From NCBI GenBank assembly GCA_030699125.1, contig JAUYKM010000009.1, positions 291,365 through 355,364 on the forward strand: DNA of 64,000 bases, given 5' to 3'. The translations under genes and the position numbers were made by a program. This DNA comes from Candidatus Daviesbacteria bacterium (lineage in GTDB: Bacteria > Patescibacteriota > Microgenomatia > Daviesbacterales > UBA10151). The notes beneath the pieces were generated by a model. The model saw only the letters and a program-made list of their open reading frames with translations. It was not told the DNA's origin and ran no database searches. Below are positions 9,669 to 20,192 of this stretch, in pieces (positions within the stretch are counted from its first letter, which is position 1; each line of letters begins with the position of its first letter).

Positions 9669-10295
9669 TTAAGTCCTGTAAACAGTTGCCTTACCTTTTT
9701 TCTCTGATTTCAGTTTACCATTTTTAACTAACTCTGATAAATAACTGCTTGCTGAACTTTGAGAAACTTGTAAAAGGTCTCTTACATCTTGATTGTTAAT
9801 TTCTTTTTTCCTTGCTAACTCAACTATTTGATTTAAGTTTTCTTCTCTCCTCTGTTTTCTTTTTTCATTTGCCTTTTGTAAAAGCTCGGAAACTTTTTGA
9901 TCTAACTTTTTTTCTATTTCTTCCTCAATATTAACTTTTGGAACTTCTGGAGCTTTTTCTTCTTTGGGTTGAGGTTTTTCTTTCTTAATTTCTGGGTCAG
10001 GTTTTTGTTCCTCTTGTGGTTTAGGACTTTCTGTTTCTTTCTCCCTTGGTTTTTCTTCCGGAATTTCAGAAACTGGGGGAGATTCGGGGGTCTGGGGTGA
10101 TTGGGGAGGAGTTGGGGAAGGTTCAGGTTCAACTGTAGGAGTTTCAACAACGGGTGGAGTTTCTACTGTTGGTTCTTCTATTTTAACTTCTTCTTCAACT
10201 TTCGGTTGTGGAACTTCCTCTGGAGTTTTCTCTTCTTCGGGCTTAGGTTCTGGCGATGGGGTTTGATCGGTGGGTTGGTTTACATCATCTGCCAT
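9669..10295 (-). CDS. Pro/Glu-rich disordered protein with C-terminal winged HTH
   Basis: Low-complexity P/E/K N-terminus; C-terminal 'INNQDVRDLLQVSQSSASSYLSELVKNGKL...G..TVY'. Confidence 0.7.
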   Translation of the reverse strand: MADDVNQPTDQTPSPEPKPEEEKTPEEVPQPKVEEEVKIEEPTVETPPVVETPTVEPEPSPTPPQSPQTPESPPVSEIPEEKPREKETESPKPQEEQKPDPEIKKEKPQPKEEKAPEVPKVNIEEEIEKKLDQKVSELLQKANEKRKQRREENLNQIVELARKKEINNQDVRDLLQVSQSSASSYLSELVKNGKLKSEKKGKATVYRT

Positions 10296-10898
10296 GATTT
10301 CAGTCTAGCACAGAATCGGCCAAAATGGTGGAATCTGGCCGATTATCTCCCAGAGGTTGGAAGGAAGCGGTTCCGCCGCCCCCGCTCACTTCAGGATAAT
10401 TTCCCAAAAAGGAGGGCAGCACCTTAAAAGAATCTTTCGGAATTTTTAAAAAACTTTCTTGGGTGCTGCCCGACCATCGCGAGAGCCGAGAAAAATAATT
10501 TCGGAGTTTCAAATTACTCGGCTCGAGCCATCGGGAGTCCTCGCGAGCGAAGCTCTCGAGAGCAAGCGAGCGGTATGGAAACAGAAAAGGGTAAAAATTG
10601 CGGCGGGGGCGAAAAGGAATTACCCCCGCAACGGCAGGAGGAACATATACAGATAAAAGATTACCAGAGACTGTAAAGAATAAATCGAAGACTATGATAT
10701 CGGCGAGTCGCCCCCTAGTGGCGACCTCTCGCCCAAAAGCGGGGGTGCCGCTTCCATTATTTTGGGTGGGTGGGTGATGGGAATTTAGAAAGCCTTTAGG
10801 ACTTTTATTTTTTCTGTCTTTTCTTGTCCCGCTTGCGGGACTATAATATAAAAATCGCGCGCATTTATTGTGATTTGCAAAAAATACAAAGAGCAAGA

Positions 10899-11004
10899 GA
10901 AAAGGTAGGGATTAAAATAAAAGGTTGGGAACGAACGTGAGCTGGGCGCCGACAACTAATGCGTCGATTGGAATTGAGTTCGAGCGCTTTCGTAAACGAG
11001 CTCT
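10899..11004. repeat. attR arm of the island (inverted copy of 3058-3163)
   Basis: Reverse complement of 3058-3163 with ~3 mismatches; ends at GCTCT. Confidence 0.9.
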
Positions 11005-11041
11005 CAGTGAATTTTATGGCTCTAAAGAGATATTTAGTGTA

Positions 11042-11647
11042 CTAACAAGCTAGCTCACCTTCACCGCACGAGGAAGGAAGCTCTCTTATTTGAGGGACGC
11101 CTGGTTCCTTGCCGCTGATGATGTAATCCTCAGCTTTTGTGACTTCCCATTCATGTTCATGATTCCAAAGATTCCAGAAATGACGCCACTCGTTCCAACC
11201 AATCCCCAGATGCTGTACGTATATGCTGCTTTCAACCAAAAGCTGGCCTATTTTTCTGCCGGTCATACATGGCATGCTATAACAGTAGACTATGATATCT
11301 TTATCCTGGGGAAGCTCCCGAAATTGTTTTACAATCCTGTCTTTCTCATCATAAGCAGATGTATTGGGATCCTTATAGGCAGGGATATTGGTAGCTCCAA
11401 TGATATGCTCTTTTTCATATTCCTGAGGACTTCTCAAATCGACTAAGACAAAACCTGTGTCGCCTTTATCCATCATCCGTCTTAAGGAATGGGGGCTGAC
11501 ATGTACTGCATTTTCAACAAGATAAAATTCTTTGATTAAGTCTTCTTTGGTTGGTTTTTGCATTCGCTGGTAGACTAAAACAGTTGCTCCACCCACCAAT
11601 GCTCCGACGAGAGCTGCTATAGCAACAATCTTAATAGTTTGATACAT
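11042..11647 (-). CDS. Membrane-anchored rhodanese-domain protein
   Basis: VLVDLRS..EY.KEHIIGA.NIP and IIVYC. Confidence 0.85.
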   Translation of the reverse strand: MYQTIKIVAIAALVGALVGGATVLVYQRMQKPTKEDLIKEFYLVENAVHVSPHSLRRMMDKGDTGFVLVDLRSPQEYEKEHIIGATNIPAYKDPNTSAYDEKDRIVKQFRELPQDKDIIVYCYSMPCMTGRKIGQLLVESSIYVQHLGIGWNEWRHFWNLWNHEHEWEVTKAEDYIISGKEPGVPQIRELPSSCGEGELAC

Positions 11648-11681
11648 ATTTTATCCGTTACTTCTTGTAAACTTATTATAG

Positions 11682-11705
11682 AAAACCGCGTACTTTCAGT
11701 ACGCG
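11682..11705 (-). terminator. Intrinsic terminator-like hairpin after dsbA
   Basis: CCGCGTAC-TTTCA-GTACGCGG stem followed by a T run on the minus strand. Confidence 0.55.
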
Positions 11706-11710
11706 GAAGT

Positions 11711-12370
11711 TTATTGGACCTTTAAAATTGCCTCTTCAATAATTTTTTTAAATTCTTCATAGGATTTGGGATTCTGCAATTTTTTATCATTTAGAAAAAA
11801 TGTAGGAGTGGCATTAACTCTAAATCTAATACCACTTTGATAACTATCTTCTATTCTATCTTTTATTTCCTTCAAATCAAGGTCATTTTTAAATCTTTCA
11901 ACATCAAGATTAAGTAAACGGGCATATTCTATAAAGATGTCTCCAACATTTTTCTCACCTGACCAGTTCTTCTGCTTTTCAAAAAGCATATCATGCATCT
12001 GCCAAAAATTGTTTTGTATACCAGCAGCTTCTGCAGCACGAGCAGCAAACTCAGCGTTAATGTGAATTTGTCTTAAAGGAAAATGGCGATAAACAAACTG
12101 TATTTTGTCGCCAAACTCTTGATTTAGTTGTTTGACAACAGGATAATAAGCTCCGCATGCAGGGCACTGGAAATCGCTATATTCAACCAGAGTAACTTTT
12201 GCATCTTTACTACCCTTTACCCAATCAGAAGAAGATACCACGTTAACGGGTTGAGAAATCTGATCTGAAGTTTTATCAGATGGAGCACTATTTGCAAGTT
12301 TTATAACTGAAAAAATTACTATAAAGAGACCTAAAACAGCAAGAATACCAATTTTTATTGCTTTCGACAT
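11711..12370 (-). CDS. dsbA: DsbA-family thiol-disulfide oxidoreductase
   Basis: EYSDFQCPAC, YRHFPL and cis-Pro ATPTFF. Confidence 0.88.
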   Translation of the reverse strand: MSKAIKIGILAVLGLFIVIFSVIKLANSAPSDKTSDQISQPVNVVSSSDWVKGSKDAKVTLVEYSDFQCPACGAYYPVVKQLNQEFGDKIQFVYRHFPLRQIHINAEFAARAAEAAGIQNNFWQMHDMLFEKQKNWSGEKNVGDIFIEYARLLNLDVERFKNDLDLKEIKDRIEDSYQSGIRFRVNATPTFFLNDKKLQNPKSYEEFKKIIEEAILKVQ

Positions 12371-12421
12371 AGAGTTTGCGATTATTATACATCAAATATT
12401 GACAGCAAGGCATTAGATTAT

Positions 12422-13177
12422 TGTCTAGGCCCCGATACATCCAGAACGGTTTAAGTATACATTAAAGGTTCATATAATGGCTCCTACATGAGAGCCTACA
12501 AAATACTTCCGGTAGAGATGAAGGTTAAAGATTTTAACCTGTCTAAAGATGCCTTAAAAAGGCTATATTGGATGGATTGGTATTTTAGTCATGGCAAGAA
12601 TGCAGAAGCTACCTGTAGACACTTTTCTATTTCCAAGAGTGTGTTCTATAGATGGCTACCCAGATTCTCTAAATTCAACCTAGCTACTTTAGAAGAAAGA
12701 AGCAAAAGACCTATTCATTTAAGGGGAATGACCACTAATCCAGCTATTTTAAAAAGGATTTATCAAGTTAGGTTAAATGATATGACTAGTAAATACAAGA
12801 TCAAAGAACAACTTAAGAGAGAGGGTATTAACATTTCTACCAAGGTCATACAAACAGATAATGGTTCAGAGTATCTCCTCTATTTCCATGACCTGACTCA
12901 GAAACTGAATATTCCACATTACTTTTCCTATCCTCACAGCCCAAAGATGAACTCTAGAGTTGAGAGGCTTATTCAAACCATTGAGTATGAATTCTTCCAT
13001 TATCAGGATCCTTTACCTGAAATTGACAATATCCAAAGATTATGTGGGCAGTTTAATCTTAAGTACAACCAACTTAGATTCCATCAAGCTATATCTTACA
13101 AAACACCACAAGAATATGTTACAACTCTATTATCTTAGAAAGGAGGATAACCGTTCTCTATCTAGGGTGCCAGCACA
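12422..13177 (+). mobile_element. IS481-family insertion sequence, internally deleted (756 bp)
   Basis: Ends TGT...ACA flanked by a 5-bp direct repeat ATTAT (12417-12421 and 13178-13182); contains an HTH + integrase-core ORF. Confidence 0.8.
12488..13138 (+). pseudogene. Truncated IS481-type DDE transposase
   Basis: N-terminal HTH joined directly to IQTDNGSE...VER...YN..RFHQA; the segment carrying the first catalytic Asp appears to be missing. Confidence 0.7.
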
Positions 13178-13254
13178 ATTATTTGAAAAACTCCCCTCAT
13201 CTATGTAACATTTACCGTAGATGCTTTTAGCAGAAGTAGTTTAAGGGAAGTAAT

Positions 13255-13326
13255 GCCGACTTAGCTCAGAGGTAGAGCAGCTGTTTCGTAAACAGCAGGT
13301 CACTGGTTCGATTCCAGTAGTCGGCT
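13255..13326 (+). tRNA. tRNA-Thr(CGT)
   Basis: Acceptor GCCGACT/AGTCGGC, anticodon arm GCTGT-TTCGTAA-ACAGC, T loop TTCGATT. Confidence 0.95.
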
Positions 13327-13425
13327 CAAAATCCTTAAGCGTTGGAAATTTTCGCGCACTTTTTTTCCATGAATTCTGAATCATTATTTTTGTTATTCAA
13401 TCAATGGGGATTAGGTTTTTTGACC

Positions 13426-13785
13426 TTACTGTAGATGCTGTTTAACTTTATTGACTATTTCAACCAAAGTAACATCTGATTTAATAAAGTAATCAACCGC
13501 CCCTAATTTTTTGGCTTTTTCTATATCCTCTTTTTGGGAGAGGTTGGAAGCAACAATCACAGGAGTTTTAATTCCCTGTCTACTAATTTCTGATAAAACA
13601 AAGAATCCATCTTTCTTGGGCATCACTAGATCCAAAATAATTAAATCAAAGGATTCCTTGGATAGAACAGCTAAAGATTCTTCACCACTAAAAACTACAC
13701 TTGTTGAATACCCTGCGGAGTTTAATTTCAAACTCATCACCCGGGCCAGCGCTTTCTCATCTTCAACTATTAAAATCTTTTTCAT
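13426..13785 (-). CDS. Stand-alone response regulator receiver (CheY-like)
   Basis: ILIVEDE, DLIILDLVMP and GAVDYFIK. Confidence 0.92.
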   Translation of the reverse strand: MKKILIVEDEKALARVMSLKLNSAGYSTSVVFSGEESLAVLSKESFDLIILDLVMPKKDGFFVLSEISRQGIKTPVIVASNLSQKEDIEKAKKLGAVDYFIKSDVTLVEIVNKVKQHLQ

Positions 13786-14176
13786 ATATTCTCAGTGTTT
13801 TCAGCTTTCTTAGATTCTAATACTTCTTGTATTTTTTCGAGGATTTTTTCCAGAGGATTATTTGCCTTGACTAGATAGTAAGATGGCTGATCCCTAACTA
13901 CATTAGACAAAAGTGGATCATTAACATCAAAATTTGTAAGAATTATAATGGATGCTTTCTTGCCCCATACGTCTTCTCTTATCTTATGCATGACACTCAT
14001 ACCGTCCATTTTTGGTAAGACATTATCAAGTAGAATCAAATCCGGATGTTCGCGTAGAGCAATTTTTAATCCTTCCTCGCCATCTCTTGCTTCAAGGACA
14101 GAAAAACCTTCATTGGTAAGTTTATTACTGAGTGCGTTCAGTACTGGTGCTTCATCTTCCACTATGAGTATTTTCT

Positions 14177-14180
<4 letters not shown>
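13782..14180 (-). CDS. Stand-alone response regulator receiver (CheY-like)
   Basis: ILIVEDE, PDLILLD..LPKMDG and YLVK. Confidence 0.92.
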
Positions 14181-16393
<2,213 letters not shown>

Positions 16394-16396
16394 GTA

Positions 16397-16954
16397 TTAC
16401 CTGGATTTTTTAAGCTGTTCAATCTCTTTTTTAAGCTCTACCATTTTTAATTCCCTCCCTACCATGATTTTATTAGACTTCTCCAATTCTTTAACCCGGT
16501 CAGCAAGCTCTTTTGTCCGCTGCGTTATTTGAACCTCAAGCCCGCTGGTATACTCGGTCAATTTTTGTTCAAGATTACTCTTTTCCGTAATATCTTCCAT
16601 GGCCAGAATAATCAATTGTACTGTATCTATTTGTCTCGCATTGAGTACTACTGTCTTCTTCCCGATTGATTCAAAAACATGCGTAACTATATAATCTCTC
16701 ACAACTTTTTTCTCCGGCAGGATTTCTTCCAGTAATTTTCGCAGTTCAGGAATATTCCACTGACCATTACCTAAATTATAAAGAAGTGCATTCTCTGTTT
16801 GTTCCGGTGAAACCTGAAAGTCTGAATAGAAAACAGGGTTGGCTGAAATCACCCGAAGATCAGAATCAAGAATTAAGAACGATTCCCGGGCAACATCTAC
16901 CAGTGTTTGCATGTAATGTAAAGCCAGCTTTTTTGACTCATCTAACTCACTCAT
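16397..16954 (-). CDS. PAS domain + coiled-coil protein (CheR-associated-type PAS)
   Basis: 'LDSDLRVISAN..FY..F...GNGQWNIPELRKLLEEILP'; strong SD AGGAGGTG before MSELD. Confidence 0.75.
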   Translation of the reverse strand: MSELDESKKLALHYMQTLVDVARESFLILDSDLRVISANPVFYSDFQVSPEQTENALLYNLGNGQWNIPELRKLLEEILPEKKVVRDYIVTHVFESIGKKTVVLNARQIDTVQLIILAMEDITEKSNLEQKLTEYTSGLEVQITQRTKELADRVKELEKSNKIMVGRELKMVELKKEIEQLKKSR

Positions 16955-16978
16955 AATTTCACCTCCTTTCATGCCTCT

Positions 16979-17188
16979 TCATTTATTTAATTTCAAGTCC
17001 TTTTTTTCGCAATCACACGGATGTGTATGGGGAAAAGCGATGATGTTATATTCACCGCATCTTAGACACTTTATTTCCAACTCCGAATCCAGTTTTGCTA
17101 CACCCAACAGCTTTTGACAATGCTTGCAGCGATAGTCCAGTTTACCTGTAGAAGTAGACATATTAATTGTTTCTGTTTGTTTTTTCAT
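16979..17188 (-). CDS. Com-family (Mu Com-like) zinc-ribbon regulator
   Basis: YRCKHCQKLL...LEIKCLRCGEYN. Confidence 0.8.
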   Translation of the reverse strand: MKKQTETINMSTSTGKLDYRCKHCQKLLGVAKLDSELEIKCLRCGEYNIIAFPHTHPCDCEKKDLKLNK

Positions 17189-17234
17189 AAAAAAAGCCCG
17201 AAATACCACTTGTATTCCGAGCTTCTAGAGCTTC
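17189..17234 (-). terminator. Repeated RNA element, copy 2: tandem GAAGCTC + 12-bp hairpin + U tract directly before the ATG
   Basis: GAAGCTCTAGAAGCTCGGAATAC-AAGTG-GTATTTCGGGCT-TTTTTT-ATG on the minus strand. Confidence 0.75.
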
Positions 17235-17259
17235 TTTAATATAGACAAAAACGCTTCAA

Positions 17260-17736
17260 TTAAAGCGATTGCTTTTTGATCAATTTTTTTTCAGCTGTCT
17301 TGGTCTCTGTACCAATAAAAAATTTGGGATTACCTTTTTCATCAAGGATAGGAGAAATACGCAAAGTTACCTCATAGAGCTGACCATTTTTCTTTTTATT
17401 GGTAACCGTAACTATTGCGATCTGTTTTTCAACTTTTATCTTGCGCCATAAATCTTTATAAAATGTTTCCGACATCTGGCCTCCCCAAAGTGATGGCCTC
17501 GCTCCAATAATTTCTGTGATACTATAGCCAGTAAGATCTGAGAGCGCTTTATTCCCGTAAAGAATGACACCATTTATATCAGTAATCATAATTTGATCAG
17601 TTTCATCGTCAAAGAAAAAATTGATTTGTTTACAGCGACTACATTTAATTTCAACAGCCGGCGAACCCAACTCCCCAATTGCAAGCAACTTATTACATTT
17701 AACACATCTATATTCAACATGGTTATTATTATTCAT
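17260..17736 (-). CDS. Com-family zinc ribbon fused to a PAS domain
   Basis: YRCVKCNKLL...VEIKCSRCKQIN, then PAS 'IMITDINGVILY.N.A...TGYS..E.IG.RPSLW...FY..LW'. Confidence 0.82.
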   Translation of the reverse strand: MNNNNHVEYRCVKCNKLLAIGELGSPAVEIKCSRCKQINFFFDDETDQIMITDINGVILYGNKALSDLTGYSITEIIGARPSLWGGQMSETFYKDLWRKIKVEKQIAIVTVTNKKKNGQLYEVTLRISPILDEKGNPKFFIGTETKTAEKKLIKKQSL

Positions 17737-17737
17737 C

Positions 17738-17782
17738 AAAAAAGCCCGAAATACCACTTGCATTCCGAGCTTCTAGAGCTTC
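17738..17782 (-). terminator. Repeated RNA element, copy 1 (one substitution relative to copy 2)
   Basis: GAAGCTCTAGAAGCTCGGAATGC-AAGTG-GTATTTCGGGCT-TTTTT-G-ATG; the A>G change keeps pairing as G-U. Confidence 0.75.
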
Positions 17783-17803
17783 CATAATTCAGAATACCAC
17801 GAA

Positions 17804-18283
17804 TTATCTTGTAACGCTAATTGTTGCTCCTTGCTCAGCATCGGGCGCTGCGACAGTCACCCTGCCATTAGCTGATTTAACAATAGTATATCCGGCAGTA
17901 CCAGTGGTGGCTGTAATAAGCGGGTCTTTTGGAATAGATACCACATACTTCTCACTAGTTGTTAATACTGAAAGGTCAATTAAACTCGTACAAGGCGTTG
18001 CCTGACAAACTGCCGTTACTGTGGTGGTAATGGTTGAAGGAAGAGTTCCGTTGTTGTCTATTGAGTACTGGTAGACTGCATTAAGGATGGTGTTGATATC
18101 TGTTTTTCTTTGGGCGTTTCTGGTATCACCAAGTTGCTTACCAGGATTAATTGCCAAAATAACAATACCGGCCAAAATGGCAATAGCCGCCACAACCAAC
18201 AGGATTTCCAGGAGGGTAAACCCATTCGACTCGCTTCGCTCGCTCAGGGCAAGCCCTTCTTGTTTGGGCAGTAACTTTTTCAT
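17804..18283 (-). CDS. Type IV major pilin / GspG-like prepilin
   Basis: G|[21 protein letters not shown]-methylation motif and 'IPKDP'. Confidence 0.9.
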   Translation of the reverse strand: MKKLLPKQEGLALSERSESNGFTLLEILLVVAAIAILAGIVILAINPGKQLGDTRNAQRKTDINTILNAVYQYSIDNNGTLPSTITTTVTAVCQATPCTSLIDLSVLTTSEKYVVSIPKDPLITATTGTAGYTIVKSANGRVTVAAPDAEQGATISVTR

Positions 18284-18297
18284 CTTTTTTTATATTA

Positions 18298-18711
18298 TCA
18301 TAAATCAGCCGCTTCCTGCCAAGAGGTGATATTTATTTTTGGATTAATCGTATCTATGGTGATTTTGACTTTTCTTACAATAGTTCCTACAGTGCCTGTT
18401 GCAGTAATAGTTCTGTTGGTGCCTCCATCATTGGTAACTGTATAAGTGCATGTTCCCTGGCCTAGCGTCAGATTTCCGGTTCCCGTAAACGGGATGGAGT
18501 CCCTGATTTGTTGCAAAGCCTCCTCAGAACAGGCATTTACCAAAGCCTTAGCTTGATTTGATTGCTCTTGCGAAAAACTGCTTTTACTGCTGCCCAAACC
18601 AAGCCATAACACTGAAACAGCAATGGCCACGCCAATCGCCCCGATTACTAAAACGGTTATTAAAACAATATACCCTTTTTGGTTTTTTTTATCGTATGGT
18701 TGCTGTTTCAT
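18298..18711 (-). CDS. PilX-like minor pilin
   Basis: KG|YIVLITVLVIG leader lacking E5; C-terminal ITSWQE. Confidence 0.75.
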   Translation of the reverse strand: MKQQPYDKKNQKGYIVLITVLVIGAIGVAIAVSVLWLGLGSSKSSFSQEQSNQAKALVNACSEEALQQIRDSIPFTGTGNLTLGQGTCTYTVTNDGGTNRTITATGTVGTIVRKVKITIDTINPKINITSWQEAADL

Positions 18712-19117
18712 AAAATGTTTTACTAAAATTATATTCCTGCCTGCCTTCCGGATTTACATGCGTCAGCGTAAATTGAATGCGGATTGTCCCGGGTGTTCCG
18801 GCGCGTGAGAGGTTTGTGAACGTGAGAGCAGAAGCAACGATGCGGGTGTTGGTAAGGGCAATGGAGTTTTCGCGTATGGCTCCACCTGAAAGATCAAAGG
18901 CGCTCGTAAAATTAACATCCGTGGCATTACGGCCGGTTTGAGTGATACGCTGCATAACCTGGACTCCTTGTTGTTCAACTTCTGAAATGGTTTGGTTTTT
19001 AACTCTGGATTGCATTAAAAGGGAAAGGAGTGCCGAAACTGTCAGAATCATCGCCCCCACAAGGCTAACATATAACAATAATTCAATTAAAGTAAAGCCT
19101 TTTTGAAAGTTTTTCAT
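18689..19117 (-). CDS. PilW/GspJ-like minor pilin
   Basis: MKNFQKG|FTLIELLLY. Confidence 0.8.
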   Translation of the reverse strand: MKNFQKGFTLIELLLYVSLVGAMILTVSALLSLLMQSRVKNQTISEVEQQGVQVMQRITQTGRNATDVNFTSAFDLSGGAIRENSIALTNTRIVASALTFTNLSRAGTPGTIRIQFTLTHVNPEGRQEYNFSKTFYETATIR

Positions 19118-19713
19118 GGTTGGCAACAACAAGTATCCGCACTTGCACCTTCTGTGCAAAAAGAGTCTCCACCGGATTCGTATACTTCCCCATTAGCGCT
19201 GCATATGGCTGTTGTTGCGCGGCAGGCGCCGCCAACATAAAGCGGGTTCGTGAGTGATTGACAATAAGTCCCGCAAGATACTGCCGGCGCGCCACCACCC
19301 ACTTGATTAGTCCAGGCGGTGTGATATGTTGTGAGGGTAACCGAACCAGTTCGTTGAGCATTCTGTTGCCATGTCACCGTTGCTACAACCTGTTTACGTG
19401 CTGAATCAACCGAAGAAATTACTACCTGCCGGGTAAAAATATCCGTAATATCGCTTGAGCCGGACAAATTCCATTGGTTGCCGGTGGTAGTCAAGCCATA
19501 GGTACCATCAGATAAATTAGAAAAATTTTCATCCCTGATATTTCTGACTGCTTCTAATCCTTCATCAGCAAGCATGACTGCCCGTGCTCTTTGTCCTGCC
19601 AGGGCAGTGCTTTGCTGGCCATAAATTAAACCGCCAAAAAGACCGGTGACAATAAGTCCAAAAACTGCAACTGAGAGCAAAACTTCAACAAGACTGACGC
19701 CTTTTGAATTCAT
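19114..19713 (-). CDS. PilV-like minor pilin with Cys-rich C-terminus
   Basis: KG|VSLVEVLL, 'LADEGLEAVRNIRD', C-terminal multi-Cys domain. Confidence 0.8.
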   Translation of the reverse strand: MNSKGVSLVEVLLSVAVFGLIVTGLFGGLIYGQQSTALAGQRARAVMLADEGLEAVRNIRDENFSNLSDGTYGLTTTGNQWNLSGSSDITDIFTRQVVISSVDSARKQVVATVTWQQNAQRTGSVTLTTYHTAWTNQVGGGAPAVSCGTYCQSLTNPLYVGGACRATTAICSANGEVYESGGDSFCTEGASADTCCCQP

Positions 19714-20192
19714 TAGTACTCCACCATACCTTTCTCATTTATAGTAACTGAGCGGGAATCACTTTCTGATGATAAACTGACTGTACCGGTTGTTTGTGGC
19801 AGGCCGGTTAATTTTGCAAATACTATTTCGGTAGTACCGCCAACGCTAATGTTTGAGGGTACATCAAATGTTTCGTCAAAATTAATATCGCGGGCAGCAA
19901 AACTGACACCTTTAAAAATTACAATACTGTTATTTTGAGCCTTCATCCCCCAGGTTATATCCCCGTCTACACCTTGGGAAAGAATTTGAGCCCTTTTAAG
20001 AGATGAGGCTGTGACAGTAGCAGCAATATCAAGATCGTTTTTTGAAAGCAATGTCCGATAAATTGGTAAAGATAGCCCTGCAAGGAGGCTGATTATGGCA
20101 ACCGATAAAAGCAATTCGAGAAGAGTGAAACCCTTCGACAAGCTCAGGGCAAGTCCCCTTTCATGGTTTAATTTCTTCAATATATTCTCCAT
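19713..20192 (-). CDS. FimT/GspH-like minor pilin
   Basis: KG|FTLLELLL and terminal 'VTINEKGMV'. Confidence 0.82.
   Translation of the reverse strand: MENILKKLNHERGLALSLSKGFTLLELLLSVAIISLLAGLSLPIYRTLLSKNDLDIAATVTASSLKRAQILSQGVDGDITWGMKAQNNSIVIFKGVSFAARDINFDETFDVPSNISVGGTTEIVFAKLTGLPQTTGTVSLSSESDSRSVTINEKGMVEY

Larger units (their letters stand above)
1358..11004. mobile_element. Serine-integrase genomic island inserted at the tRNA-Gly 3' end (core GCTCT at 1358-1362 and 11000-11004)
   Basis: Integrase abuts the tRNA. Joining the two ends at GCTCT recreates the sequence found intact and inverted at 2960-3163, which defines attL, attR and attP. Confidence 0.85.

Noticed and set aside
10300-10896. 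198-aa minus-strand ORF and overlapping short ORFs
   Set aside because: Atypical composition over a hairpin-rich region. The 'SRWLEP' resemblance to the integrase is too short to call a remnant.
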